From Balanoglossus misakiensis (lineage: Eukaryota > Animalia > Hemichordata): a stretch of 64,000 nt of DNA. The translations under genes were made by a program, and so were the position numbers. Every line of letters begins with the position of its first letter. The first letter of the stretch is position 1. The notes under the pieces are model-generated. The model made no database searches. It was not told the origin of the DNA and worked only from the letters and a program-made list of their open reading frames with translations. Location of the stretch: contig CM082582.2 in assembly GCA_040954595.2 (NCBI GenBank), positions 434,001 through 498,000 on the forward strand. Reading direction: 5' to 3'. This document shows positions 40,474 through 53,268 of this stretch, piece by piece.

Positions 40474-43400
40474 ATGGCAGCGCTGAAGTTAGTTACCCTG
40501 AATGTCAGGGGTTTCAAAGACAAAACGAAAAGGAACTGTATATATCGCTGGCTAAAACTCCAAAAAACGAGTATCGCGATTTTACAAGAGTTGCATGGAA
40601 ATGGAACAGACATTGACACTTGGGAGAAAGAATGGGGAGGGAAAGTATTCTTCTCGAAAGGTGACAATTATAGCAGAGGAACGGCAATATTGATTGAGCG
40701 CAGATGTGACCTCACCATTGATTCCGTGTGGAATGACGACTTCGGAAGAATTTGCATAATAAACGGTAGCCTTGTAGGTGTTAAGCTTTCAATTTCTAGT
40801 GTTTATGCCCCGAATCTCGTGAAACAAAGAACGGAATTCTTGAAAGATCTAGCTGGCCTGGTTGACACGCACTGCTATTACGAAAATCTTTTTATAGCAG
40901 GCGACTTCAATTGTGCACTCAACGACACTTTGGACAGAGCGTCAAGTGTGAAATCACGGCAATCACATGATGGATCAAGAAGAGTCTTACGTAGTTTTTG
41001 TAATCAGTTTCAACTTATTGATGTTTGGAGGAATTTCCACCCTGGGCAACGGCAGTTTACTTGGCGAAGATTGGCCCCATCACCGACTCATAGCCGATTA
41101 GATTATGTTTTTATCTCAAAGCACCTCGTCAAGAATGTCAAAAAATCGGATATTCGTCCTGCTGTATACACAGATCATATGGCTGTTTACGTGGAATTGC
41201 AGACCGCTTCAGATTGTAGAGGGCCTGGTACATGGAAACTGAACAATAGGCTTTTAAAAAATGAAGGCTTTGTCAACGGAGTCAAATCTGTAATCAGAGA
41301 GTGTGGTGAGAAGACATTCGAAAATAATCGGATGAAATGGGACATCATGAAGAAAGAAATTAAAGAATATGCATTGGAATTTACAAGGTATGGAACAAAA
41401 GATCACAATAAGGAAATACCGAAGCTTGAGCAACAGCTAAAAGCGGATGAAAGAAATATGCTGGTGAATCCATCAGATGAAAATATACGGAAATACAGTG
41501 AAACCAAACAACGCCTTGAGAATATTTACAACATACTCGCTGAAGGTGCGCAGATAAGATCGCGTGCAGCGTGGGTGGAAAAGGGAGAAAGGAATACCAA
41601 GTATTTTTATCATTAGAAAAGCGAAATGCAGGAAAAAAGGAAATTAAGGAGCTGGTGACCAGAAGTGGAAAGTGTGTGACAAAAACGGACGAGATTCTGC
41701 GGGAACAAAGAGAATTCTACGAGACGATCTATCAGCGAAAATGTTGCCATCAGTCGATTGACGATTTTTTGGAAAATAGCAGTTTACCAGGACTAACAGC
41801 TCTACAAAGTGAACAGTGCGAAGGTAATTTAACGGAAAGGGAATGTTTGCGCGCTTTGAAGACCATGGCAGCTAACAAGTCTCCGGGATGTGATGGACTT
41901 TCGGTCGAATTTTTTCTTTTCTTTTGGTCAGAAATAAAAACATTTGTCACTTCATCTCTCAATGAAGCCTGGTCGTCAGGGGAACTTTCTGCTACACAAA
42001 AAAGAGGTATTATTACATTGTTGTATAAAAAGGGAGATGAAAATGACTTGAATAATTGGAGGCCTGTGTCGCTTTTAAACATTGACTACAAAATTGCCAC
42101 TAAGGCATTATCGAACAGACTCAAATGTGTTTTACCTACAATTATCCATAGAGATCAGACAGGCTATATGAAAGGCCGTTTTATTGGAGAAAACATTCGC
42201 CTGATCTCCGATGTTCTAGACTACACTAAAAAGCGGCGTTTGGAAGGAGCGATCCTTTTTGTAGATTATGAGAAAGCGTTTGACAGTGTAAATTGGAAAT
42301 TTTTGTATAGCGTGCTTAAAAAGATGAATTTTGGTCCAGGCTTTATACGCTGGATGGAAGTTTTATATAGTAATATTTCTAGTTGTATTGTTTATAAGGG
42401 ATGGTGCTCTGGATACTTTTCATTACATAGAGGTGTTCGACAGGGATGTTCCCTCTCGGCTTTATTGTTTTTACTTGTGATCGAAGTACTTGCATGTAAA
42501 ATAAGACAACACGGGGAGATCAACGGGATCCCCTTATATGGTAATAATACAGCGAAGATTTCATTATTTGCCGACGACACCACTATTTTTACAAGGGATG
42601 GTCGGTCATTAGAAAATGTTTTTAAAGTTATGGATGATTTTCATCAGTGTGGTGGTTTAAAAATGAGCAACAAGAAAACGAAGGCAATGTGGGTTGGAAA
42701 AAACAGAAATAGTGAAAAGAAAATGGGAAATGTTGAATGGACAAATGAGCCCATCAAAACGCTTGGTGTGTATTTTGGCTATGACACTGAGAAATGTAAC
42801 AAACTTAACTGGGAGCCTAAGATTGATAAACTGAAAAAGGTGCTACAAATGTGGGAAAGGAGAAGGCTTACGTTTTATGGGAGAGTGATGATTACGAAGG
42901 TTTTTGCAATTTCACAGATTTTGTTTTTGACATCAGTGATTGGAATACCTGAAGGCATTAAGTGTGTTGTTCGAAAGCTAATTGATGGTTTTATAAGAAG
43001 AAAACGAAATATAAGCAATGTAATACTTCAGAGTGATTATGACAAAGGTGGCATCAGATGTGTCAACTTAGACAAGCAAATTGATTCTCTTTATGCAGTA
43101 TGGGTCAAGAGACTGGTCTTGTGTAAAGGCAACACTTGGTCTGCTATACCATGGCATTATTTACAAATGGATGACCTTCAGTCATGTAATCTTATTCAGC
43201 ACAACATTTTCTGGGAATCACTACCAAAGGCTTTAGAGTCTGCGATCCCTGAATTTTACGTCAAGGTTTTAAATGCGTGGTACAGTGCAAGTGTAAACAT
43301 CAAAGGAAACAGAAATGTAATTTTGAAATGGTGTAGCAAGTTTAACTTTTTCTACAAATCCTTGAAAAATTGTAAATACGGTATTTGGGATGGAAAACAC

Positions 43401-44020
43401 TGGATTTCCATCAATAACGTTACGTGTAAAGCCATTTATGCGAACATTCCACAAAGGAGTCCAAAAGTGGATAAACTTAACAAATGGTACACATTGCTGG
43501 AGGTACCAAACCAGACTACAAAAGAAAGTGGAAGAACATACACGCAATAACTAAGGAAACAAAGTTGCGGGAATTTCAATGGAAACTTTTACACAGGTTG
43601 TTGCCATGTAATAAGTATTTGTTTTATTGGAATAAGAGCAGCAGTGTGGATTGTGAACTTAGTAAGATACCAGAGTCTCTTGAGCACAAGTACGTGCGTT
43701 GTACTATAGCCACATCACTTTGGGCAAAAATCGAGCGCATAATTCGGCAACTTTTTTGTAAAGATTTTGTTTTACAAAGCGCTCATATAATTTTCAATTG
43801 CATTAGAAGTGTTATGCTTTCGAAATCTGAAGAAAATATTGTAAATTTATTGATTTTAGTTTGCAAATGGAGTATACATAAATACTGGCTAAGTGAAACC
43901 AGAGCACCTTTAATGGTGCTAGTAAAATACGAATTCATATTGAGATACAAGGTATACAAGGAAATATGCAATAATTCAGAAAGTGCAAGAATTTTTGAAG
44001 CTATTATATCTATGATGTGA
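40474..44020 (+). pseudogene. Tx1 ORF2 (APE endonuclease, reverse transcriptase, C-terminal zf-RVT-like region) with two frameshifts; ~1182 aa if repaired
   Basis: APE motifs TLNVRG, LQE, SVYAPN, GDFN, SRLDY, TDH (40474-41616). RT motifs KSPGCDG, NWRPVSLLNIDYKI, DYEKAFD, GVRQGC, FADD (41571-43550). C-terminal KLREFQWKLLHRLLP..C..ESLEH..C (43484-44020). Frame changes at ~41606 and ~43510. Confidence 0.93.
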
Positions 44021-44075
44021 GTTTTCGGTTGGTTTCTTTTTTTTGATATGTTAATGTAACAATGAAAGTTTTTTT

Positions 44076-44108
44076 AATAAAAGATAAAAAAAAAAAAAAA
44101 AAAAAAAA
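44076..44108 (+). terminator. Polyadenylation signal and poly-A tail of the Tx1 element
   Basis: AATAAA at 44076-44081 and A23 at 44086-44108, immediately followed by the TSD. Confidence 0.9.
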
Positions 44109-47100
44109 TTACGCCAGTCTGTGTCATATAGAGCCGGTGCACCAGCCGAGTCACGCCGTAGGAAATCTGACTTGATCAACGTGGTCAATGTACGCCTGTT
44201 TCTGCTCTAGAATGCCGGGGCTTCAGCTGAGCCAGGCCGTAGGAAACCCGACGTGATTACCGTTGTTAACTTACGCCAGTCTGTGTCCTATATATAGTGC
44301 CGGGGCATCAGCCGTGCCAGGCCGAAGGAAATGTGAGTAGATCAACGTGGTCTCTGTACGCGTGTTTCTGCTCTAGAGTGCCAGGGCTTTAGCCAAGCCA
44401 TGCCGTAGGAAATCTGACTTGATCAACGTTGCTAACGAACGCTAGTGTCTGTCATAGTGTGCCGGGGTTTTAGTCGAGCCAAGCCGTAGGAGATCAGACT
44501 TGATCAACGTGGTCTCTGTACGCGTGTTTCTGCTCTAGAGTGCCGGGGCTTTATCCAAGCCATGCCGTAGAAAATCTGACTTGATCACCGTTGCTAACGT
44601 ACGCTAGTGTCTGTCATATTGTGACGGAGATTTAGCCGAGCCAGGCCGTAGAAAAATCGACTTGTTCAACGTTACCAGTGTGCAACTGTTTCTGCTCTAG
44701 AGTGTCAGGGTTTTAGCCGACTTATGCTGTTGGAAATCTGAGTTGATGCACGGGAATTCAATGTTAGAAAACCCGTGTGGAAAGTATCTCTACCCGTTTG
44801 AAACTAAGAAAAGAATTTATTCTTATTTATTTTGTAAAAAAGACAATTTTTCGAAAAAAAGTCGATAATGGTAATTTTGTCTTGGGTGATTCAAATTATA
44901 CCGCCTTTTCTGGAATTTGCAGCACTTTTTACAAGAGAACGACACTTCATGCTCCATAATATTTCCGAAAATGAAGAAAAAAGTTATTTTTTTATGATTT
45001 TTTTAAAAATTTACCATTTTTGTCAAAATATGGCCAAAATGGCTATTTTTCTTGAATTCCGTCAATATCTCTGCATTTTTGGAGTGGTCGAGAGTTTTAA
45101 CGTACAATCAACATGTCATATATGACACCAAATTCGAAGAACAAAGGTTTTTTTATATTTTTTTTCTAAAAATGACATTTTCAAGGAATATTTGCTAAAA
45201 CGCAATTTTGTCTGCAGTGAGCCAAATTGGCCGTTTTTTTTGTGGAATTTGTATCGATATATATATACGAAGAGCATTCTATACTCCATCAGATTTCCGA
45301 AAATGTAGAAAACAGGTATTTTTTGTAATTTTCAAAAATTTACCATTTTGACCAAATTGTGGCTAAAATTGTTATTTTCGTGTTGAATGCCGCCAGTGTC
45401 ACTGCTTTTTAAAGTCATAAAAACTTTTAACATACAAGCAACTGTTTATATATGATCAGGTCACCGAATTAAAAAAATAAAGAATGTTTTCCCTAAAAAT
45501 GACCTTTTTGGTGCAAAAACGAATAAAACGCAATTTTGTATTAAATCAGCTCATTCAGAGTGCATTTTTTATAATCAGCACCATTTTTACATATAACGGA
45601 AATTTCATACATCATCAGATATCCAAATATGAAAAAATGAATTGGATATATTTAAGATGATTGTCCAAAATTAGCAGATATCTGATAAATGTAGTATTGA
45701 ACCGTTCTGTTCCCCCCCCCCTACATTACATGCGGTACGCCGATGTCAGCTTACCCGGCAGTACTGCAGGCCGTGCCCCCAACTAACGTCGGTGTTTGAA
45801 ACGCCCTGGTTAAATTCGAGCTTTCTCTATAAATTGACAGGCAATAAAGCAGTCCTACCCGAACAGATGTCGAGTGTTGACCCGCTGTGACTTTCCCTCT
45901 TCGGTTTGCCCGACTTAGCCAACGTCTTTGTACTAGAAAGTCGGGTCTTTTGCAGAGCCAGGCCGAAGGAAATCCGACTTGATCACCGTTGCTAACGAAC
46001 GCTAGTGTCTGTCATGGTGTGCCGGGGTTTTAGTTGAGCCAGGCCGTAGGAGATCTGACTTGATCATCGTGGTCAATGTACGCGTGTTTCCGCTCTAAAG
46101 TGCCGGTGCTTCAGCTAAACCAGGCCGTAGGAAATCCGACGTAATCACCGTTGATAACTTACGCCAGTCTGTGTCATATAGAGCCGGTGCACCAGCCGAG
46201 TCACGCCGTAGGAAATCTGACTTGATCAACGTGGTCAATGTACGCCTGTTTCTGCTCTAGAGTGCCGGGGCATCAGCCGTGCCAGGCCGAAGGAAATGTG
46301 AGTAGATCAACGTGGTCTCTGTACGCGTTTTTCTGCTCTTGAGTGCCAGGGCTTTAGCCAAGCTATGCCGTAGAAAATCTGACTTGATCACCGTTGCTAA
46401 CGTACGCTAGTGTCTGTCATATTGTGACGGAGATTTAGCCGAGCCAGGCCGTAGAAAAATCGACTTGTTCAACGTTACCAGTGTGCAACTGTTTTTGCTC
46501 TAGAGTGTCAGGGTTTTAGCCGACTTATGCTGTAGGAAATCTGAGTTGATGAACGCGAATTCAATGTTAGAAAACCCGTGTGGAAAGTATCTCTATCCGT
46601 TTGAAACTAAGAAAAGAATTTATTCTTATTTATTTTGTAAAAAAGACAATTTTTCGAAAAAAGTCGAAAATGGTAATTTTGTCTTGGGTGATTCAAATTA
46701 TACCGCCTTTTCTGGAATTTGCAGCACTTTTTGCAAGAGAACGACACTTCATGCTCCATAATATTTCCGAAAATGAAGAAAAGAGTTAATTTTTTATGAT
46801 TTTTTAAAAATTTACCATTTTTGTCAAAATATGGCCAAAATGGCTATTTTTTCTTGAATTCCGTCAATATCTCTGCATTTTTGGAGTGGTCGAAAGTTTT
46901 AACATACAATCAACATGTCATATATGATCAGGGCACCAAATTCGAAAGACAAAGGTGTTTTTATTTTTTTTTCTAAAAATGACATTTTCAAGGAAAATTT
47001 GGTAAAACGCAATTTTGTCTGCAGTGAGCCAAATTAGACGGTCTTTTGTGGAATTTGTATCGATATATACACACGAAGAGCATTCTATACTCCATCAGAT

Positions 47101-50100
47101 TTCCGAAAATGTAGAAAACAGGTATTTTTTGTAATTTTCAAAAATTTACCATTTTGACCAAATTGTGGCTAAAATTGTTATTTTCGTGTCGAATGCCGCC
47201 ATTGTCACTGCTTTTAAAAGTCATAAAACTTTTAACATACAAGCAATTGTTTATATATGATCAGGTCACCGAATTAATAAAATAAAGAATGTTTTGCCTA
47301 AAAATGGCCTTCTTGGTGCAAAAACGAATAAAACGCAATTTTGTATTAAATCAGCTCATTCAGAGTGCATTTTTTATAATCAGCACAATGTTTACATATA
47401 ATGGAAATTTCATACATGATCAGATATCCAAATATGAAAAAATGATTTAGATTTTAGATGATTGTCCAAAATTAGCTGATATCTAACAAATGTAGTATTG
47501 AACCGTTCTGTTCCCCCCCCCCCCTTACATTATATGCGGTACGCCGATGTCAGCTTACCCGGCAGTACTGTAGGCCGTGCCCCCAACAAACGTCGGTGTT
47601 TGAAACGCCCTGGTTAAATTCGGGCTCTCTCTTTAAATTGACAGGCAATAATGCAGTCCTACCGGAACAAATGTCGAGTGTTGAACCGCTGCGACTTTCC
47701 CTGTTCGGTTTGCCCGACTTAGCCAACGTCTTTGTACTAGAGTGTCGGGTCTTTTGCAGAACCAGGCCGAAGGAAATCCGACTTGATCACCGTTGCTAAC
47801 GAACGCTAGTGTCTGTCATGGTGTGCCGGGGTTTTAGTCGAGCCAGGCCGTAGGAGATCTGACTTGATCATCGTGGTCAATGTACGCGTGTTTCCGCTCT
47901 AAAGTGCCGGGGCTTCAGCTAAACCAGGCCGTAGGAAATCCGATGTAATCACCGTTGATAACTTACGCCAGTCTGTGTCATATAGAGCCGGTGCACCAGC
48001 CGAGTCACGCCGTAGGAAATCTGACTTGATCAACGTGGTCAATGTACGCCTGTTTCTGCTCTAGAGTGCCGGGGCTTCAGCTGAGCCAGGCCGTAGGAAA
48101 CCCGACGTGATTACCGTTGTTAACTTACGCCAGTCTGTGTCCTATATATAGTGCCGGGGCATCAGCCGTGCCAGGCCGAAGGAAATGTGAGTAGATCAAC
48201 GTGGTCTCTGTACGCGTGTTTCTGCTCTAGAGTGCCAGGGCTTTAGCCAAGCCATGCCGTAGGAAATCTGACTTGATCAACGTTGCTAACGAACGCTAGT
48301 GTCTGTCTTAGTGTGCCGGGGTTTTAGTCGAGCCAAGCCGTAGGAGATCAGACTTGATCAACGTGGTCTCTGTACGCGTGTTTCTGCTCTAGAGTGCCGG
48401 GGCTTTATCCAAGCCATGCCGTAGAAAATCTGACTTGATCACCGTTGCTAACGTACGCTAGTGTCTGTCATATTGTGACGGAGATTTAGCCGAGCCAGGC
48501 CGTAGAAAAATCGACTTGTTCAACGTTACCAGTGTGCAACTGTTTCTGCTCTAGAGTGTCAGGGTATTAGCCGACTTATGCTGTAGGAAATCTGAGTTGA
48601 TGAACGGGAATTCAATGTTAGAAAACCCGTGTGGAAAGTATCTCTACCCGTTTGAAACTAAGAAAAGAATTTATTCTTATTTATTTTGTAAAAAAGACAA
48701 TTTTTCGAAAAAAAGTTGAAAATGGTAATTTTGTCTTGGGTGATTCAAATTATACCGCCTTTTCTGGAATTTGCAGCACTTTTTGCAAGAGAACGACACT
48801 TCATGCTCCATAATATTTCCGAAAATGAAGAAAAGAGTTAATTTTTTATGATTTTTTAAAAATTTACCATTTTTGTCAAAATATGGCCAAAATGGCTATT
48901 TTTTCTTGAATTCCGTCAATATATCTGCATTTTTGGAGTGGTCGAAAGTTTTAACATACAATCAACATGTCATATATGATCAGGGCACCAAATTCGAAGA
49001 ACAAAGGTTTTTTTTATTTTTTTTTTCTTCTAAAAATGACATTTTCAAGGAAAATTTGGTAAAACGCAATTTTGTCTGCAGTGAGCCAAATTAGACGGTC
49101 TTTTGTGGAATTTGTATCGATATATACATACGAAGAGCAATCTATACTCCATCAGATTTCCGAAAATGTAGAAAACAGGTATTTTTTGTAATTTTCAAAA
49201 ATTTACCGTTTTGACCAAATTGTGGCTAAAATTGTTATTTTCGTGTTGAATGCCGCCAGTGTCACTGCTTTTAAAAGTCATAAAAACTTTTAACATACAA
49301 GCAATTCTTTATATATGATCAGGTCACCGAATTAAAAAAAAAAGAATGTTTTGCCTAAAAATGACCTTTTAGGTGCAAAAACGAATAAAACGTAATTTTG
49401 TATTAAATCAGCTCATTCAGAGTGCATTTTTTATAATCAGCACCATTTTTTACATATAATTGAAATTTCATACATCATTAGATATCCAAATATGAAAAAA
49501 TGATTTAGATTTTAGATGATTGTCCAAAATTAGCTGATATCTGATAAATGTAGTATTGAACCGTTCTGTTTGCCCCCCCCCCCCCCCCCCCCCTACATTA
49601 TATGCGGTACGCCGATGTCAGCTTACCCGGCAGTACTGCAGGCCGTGCCCCCAACTAACGTCGGTGTTTGGAACGCCCTGGTTAAATTCGGGCTTTCTCT
49701 ATAAATTGACAGGCAATAATGCAGTCCTACCCGAACAAATGTCGAGTGTTGACCCGCTGTGACTTACCCTCTTCGGTTTGCCCGACTTAGCCAACGTCTT
49801 TGTACTAGAGTGTCAGTTCTTTTGCAGAGCCAGGCCGAAGGAAATCCGACTTGATCGCCGTTGCTAACGAACGCTAGTGTCTGTCATGGTGTACCGGGGT
49901 TTTAGTCGAGCCAGGCCGTAGGAGATCTGACTTGATCATCGTGGTCAATGTACGCGTGTTTCCGTTCTAAAGTGCCGGGGCTTCAGCTAAACCAGACCGT
50001 AGGAAATCCGACGTAATCACCGGTGATAACTTACGCCAGTCTGTGTCATATAGAGCCGGTGCACAAGCCGAGTCACGCCGTAGGAAATCTGACTTGATCA

Positions 50101-50881
50101 ACGTGGTCAATGTACGCCTGTTTCTGCTCTAGAGTGCCGGGGCTTCAGCTGAGCCAGGCCGTAGGAAACCCGACGTGATTACCGTTGTTAACTTACGCCA
50201 GTCTGTGTCCTATATATAGTGCGGGGCACCAGCCGTGCCAGGCCGAAGGAAATGTGAGTAGATCAACGTGGTCTCTGTACGCGTGTTTCTGCTCTAGAGT
50301 GTCGGGGCTTTATCCAAGCCATGCCGTAGAAAATCTGACTTAATCACCGTTGCTAACGTACGCTAGTGTCTGTAATATTGTGACGGAGATTTAGCCGAGC
50401 CAGGCCGTAGAAAAATCGACTCGTTCAACGTTACCAGTGTGCAACTGTTTCTGCTCTAGAGTGTCAGGGTTTTAGCCGACTTATGCTGTAGGAAATCTGA
50501 GTTGATGAACGGGAATTCAATGTTAGAAAACCCGTGTGGAAAGTATCTCTACCCGTTTGAAACTAAGAAAAGAATTTATTCTTATTTATTTTGTAAAAAA
50601 GACAATTTTTCGAAAAAAAGTCGAAAATGGTAATTTTGTCTTGGGTGATTCAAATTATACCACCTTTTCTGGAATTTGCAGCACTTTTTACAAGAGAACG
50701 ACACTTCATGCTCCATAATATTTCCGAAAATGAAGAAAAGAGTTTATTTTTTATGATTTTTTAAAAATTTACCATTTTTGTCAAAATATGGCCAAAATGG
50801 CTATTTTGTCTTGAATTCCGTCAATATCTCTGCATTTTTGGAGTTGTCGAAAGTTTTAACATACAATCAACATGTCATATA

Positions 50882-53268
50882 TACGGTGGCCCTCTCATGT
50901 CACGCCTAAAATATTATTTTGAAAGTTAAACTTCCAAAATTATAGACAATATCTTCTCCCAAAAGTAAACTTAAGTTTTGGTGAAGGCAACTATAATTTT
51001 GACGCACACAATTTCAATTTCAGTGGAGTAGACTTTTTAATTTTGACAGTAAAACTTTAAATTTTTTTTACACAACTCTTATTTTAGAGAACAAAATTTT
51101 AATTTCCGAAAGCCAATTTTACTTTTCCCGGGAGTAAAATTTTAAGATTTTTTTCCAAAATAAACTTCTAACACTTGAGATAAAATATTATCTATACTAC
51201 ATAGAATTTTTTTATTTTCGGAAAGAAATATTTAATTTTGTAAAACTTTTTTTAAGTAACATTACTTTTCGCGGGTGAAAATTTTATTTTACAGATGTAA
51301 ATATATTTTTATATAATTTCTAGTTACACAACTTATGGGGGCGCTCTTTCTATTGCTACTGACAAACTTTTTCATGGGGGCGCTATTCAGGTTTCGGCGT
51401 GCGAATTTCTTTTACATGCATGACAAAATATATTTTCAGAAAGCAAAATATATTTTTCTTCGCGGCGGAAATGAAGCTATCCCACAATTCCCGTACATGA
51501 GAACATTACAGGAGTACATAAATCCAACAAACAGATGAGATGGCTATCTATCCACAGTGCAATGTTTACAGATTGTATCTACTACGGCCGGGCAGACAAA
51601 TCCGGACAATCTCGCCGCCATCGTAGACCTTTAAATGACGCTGTCGATCAAATCGAATACAAGATCTAGGGGAGTCGGTCCGTGGGAGAAATCGGCCAGG
51701 TGCGAACTTGGCTCGTAGGATCGTTTAAATTAAAGTCCTTTTAATTATGTTTCGATTAACCGGCTGTCCCTTCCAATTTCGGGTGTTTCACGTCGAGGAC
51801 GGACTGAAGCAGCTCCACGCGACCACTTTGGAAAACTTCCCGGTGACCTCATATGCGGCAGCGCGTCCATCTACGTGATCGTTGAATTCGAGGCACGGTC
51901 CCGAGGGACCATGTCTGAGGTCATGTTTTCTAGAGCGGCTATAACTCAGCGTGGCCAGTCGGCCGCGGTGGGTTCGATAATCAGCGCGAAAGTCGACCAT
52001 CATATGGAAATTGTTTGCTGTCGATGTCCAAGTAAACAATAGCGTGTAAGGTGAACATGTGTGGGTGGGATCGACCATTTTACCCTAAACGGAACAGCCG
52101 GTTAATGGGACTGTTTTGTCTGCGCCCATGGTGTCCTGATTAAACGGCGGCGACTGTACCACGGTCATTCCACAAACTGCCTAGGGACAGGGACAGAGCA
52201 GCACTGTGGTTTACTGTACACGTAAAATGTGAAGCATACACGAAACATAATTTAAGGGACTTTAATTTAAACGATCCTACGAGCCAAGTTCGCACCTGGC
52301 CGATTTCTCCCACGGACCGACTCCCCTAGATCTTGTATTCGATTTGATCGACAGCGTCATTCAAAGGTCTACGATACGTCGGCGAAATTGTCCGGATTTG
52401 TCTGCCCGGCCGTAGTAGATACAATCCGTAAACATTGCACTGTGGATAGATAGCCATCTCATCTGTTTGTTGGATTTATGTACTCCTGCAACGTTCTCAT
52501 GTACGGGAATTGTGGGATAGCTTCATTTCCGCCGCGAAGAAAAAAAATTTTTTGCTTTCTGAAAATATATTTTGTCATGCATGTAAAAGAAATTCGCACG
52601 CCGAAACCTGAATTGCGCCCTCATAACAAAAGTTTGTCAGTAGCATTAGAAAGAGCGCCCCCATAAGTTGTGTAACTAGTAAGCATATTAAATTTACCCC
52701 TGTAAAATAAAATTTTCACCCGGGAAAAATGGTTTGTTACTTTAGAAAATATTTTTTTTTCTTAAGCAATAAAAACATTTTGTTTTAAAAAGAAAAATAA
52801 TTCCATCGAGTACAGATAATTTTATCTCGAGTGTTTAAAGGTTATTAAATGTAAATTAAAATTTAACTCCGTAAAATATTTTCACCTGGGAAAAATAATT
52901 TGCAATTTTACAAAATAAACTTTTTCTTTAAAAAGTAAAACATTTCTTTTTGAAAAAAAAATCCACGTAGTATGAATAAGTTTATCTCAAGTTGTTACTG
53001 TTTATTTTGGACAAAATAAATCTTTATTACAATATTATTCTTGGAAAAAATAAAATTTACTTTCGAAAAATAAATTTGGTTCTCTAAAATAAAATTTGTG
53101 ATAAGTAAAATTAAAGTTTTACTGTCAAAATCAAAAAGATTTGTCCATCAAAATTAGTTGCCGCCACCAAAATTAAAGTTTACTTTTTGGGAAAAGATAT
53201 TGTCTATCTAAAATTAAAGTTTAACTTTCAAAATAATAAATTGAAATTGTCGTGTAGGGGCCACGATA
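50882..53268. mobile_element. Non-autonomous foldback DNA transposon (2387 bp), IS3EU-like
   Basis: TSD catata at 50876-50881 and 53269-53274. Ends are tacggtggccc and gggccacgata; TAY..RTA termini with a 6-bp TSD are the described IS3EU signature. Inverted arms extend roughly 870-1030 bp. No transposase ORF. Confidence 0.82.
51320..52679. repeat. High-identity ~435-bp inverted repeat (51320-51754 versus 52241-52679) around a ~490-bp GC-richer spacer
   Basis: ctagttacacaacttatgggggcgctctttc pairs with gaaagagcgcccccataagttgtgtaactag. gatcgtttaaattaaagtcc pairs with ggactttaatttaaacgatc. Only scattered mismatches are visible between these points. Confidence 0.93.

Larger units (their letters stand above)
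37529..40474 (+). pseudogene. Tx1 ORF1 (gag-like, two CCHC zinc knuckles), split by a nested DNA transposon; pieces 37529-38346 and 40120-40474
   Basis: MAVRDKASYAQVV start; knuckles CGKCLEEGHTAYNC and CRLCKREGHIARNC. Removing 38347-40119 joins ...ESDSTP to LQGTSRRE... in frame, giving 390 aa that end in an acidic/Ser-rich tract and KKKRKRRRK. Confidence 0.9.
37319..44108 (+). mobile_element. Full-length Tx1-type (L1 clade) non-LTR retrotransposon
   Basis: TSD ttacgccagtctg at 37306-37318 and 44109-44121. It has a ~210-bp 5' UTR, a zinc-knuckle ORF1, an APE-RT-zinc finger ORF2, AATAAA and a 23-nt poly-A. The satellite resumes in register after the element. Confidence 0.95.

Noticed and set aside
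41750-43971. Minus-strand ORFs of 62-110 aa within ORF2
   Set aside because: They are antisense shadows of the RT coding sequence.
51335-52666. ORFs in the foldback element, and a tRNA-like string gcggctataactcagcgtgg...ggttcga at 51935-51977
   Set aside because: The ORFs have no recognisable motifs. The A- and B-box-like parts are too close together for a tRNA and no cloverleaf forms.
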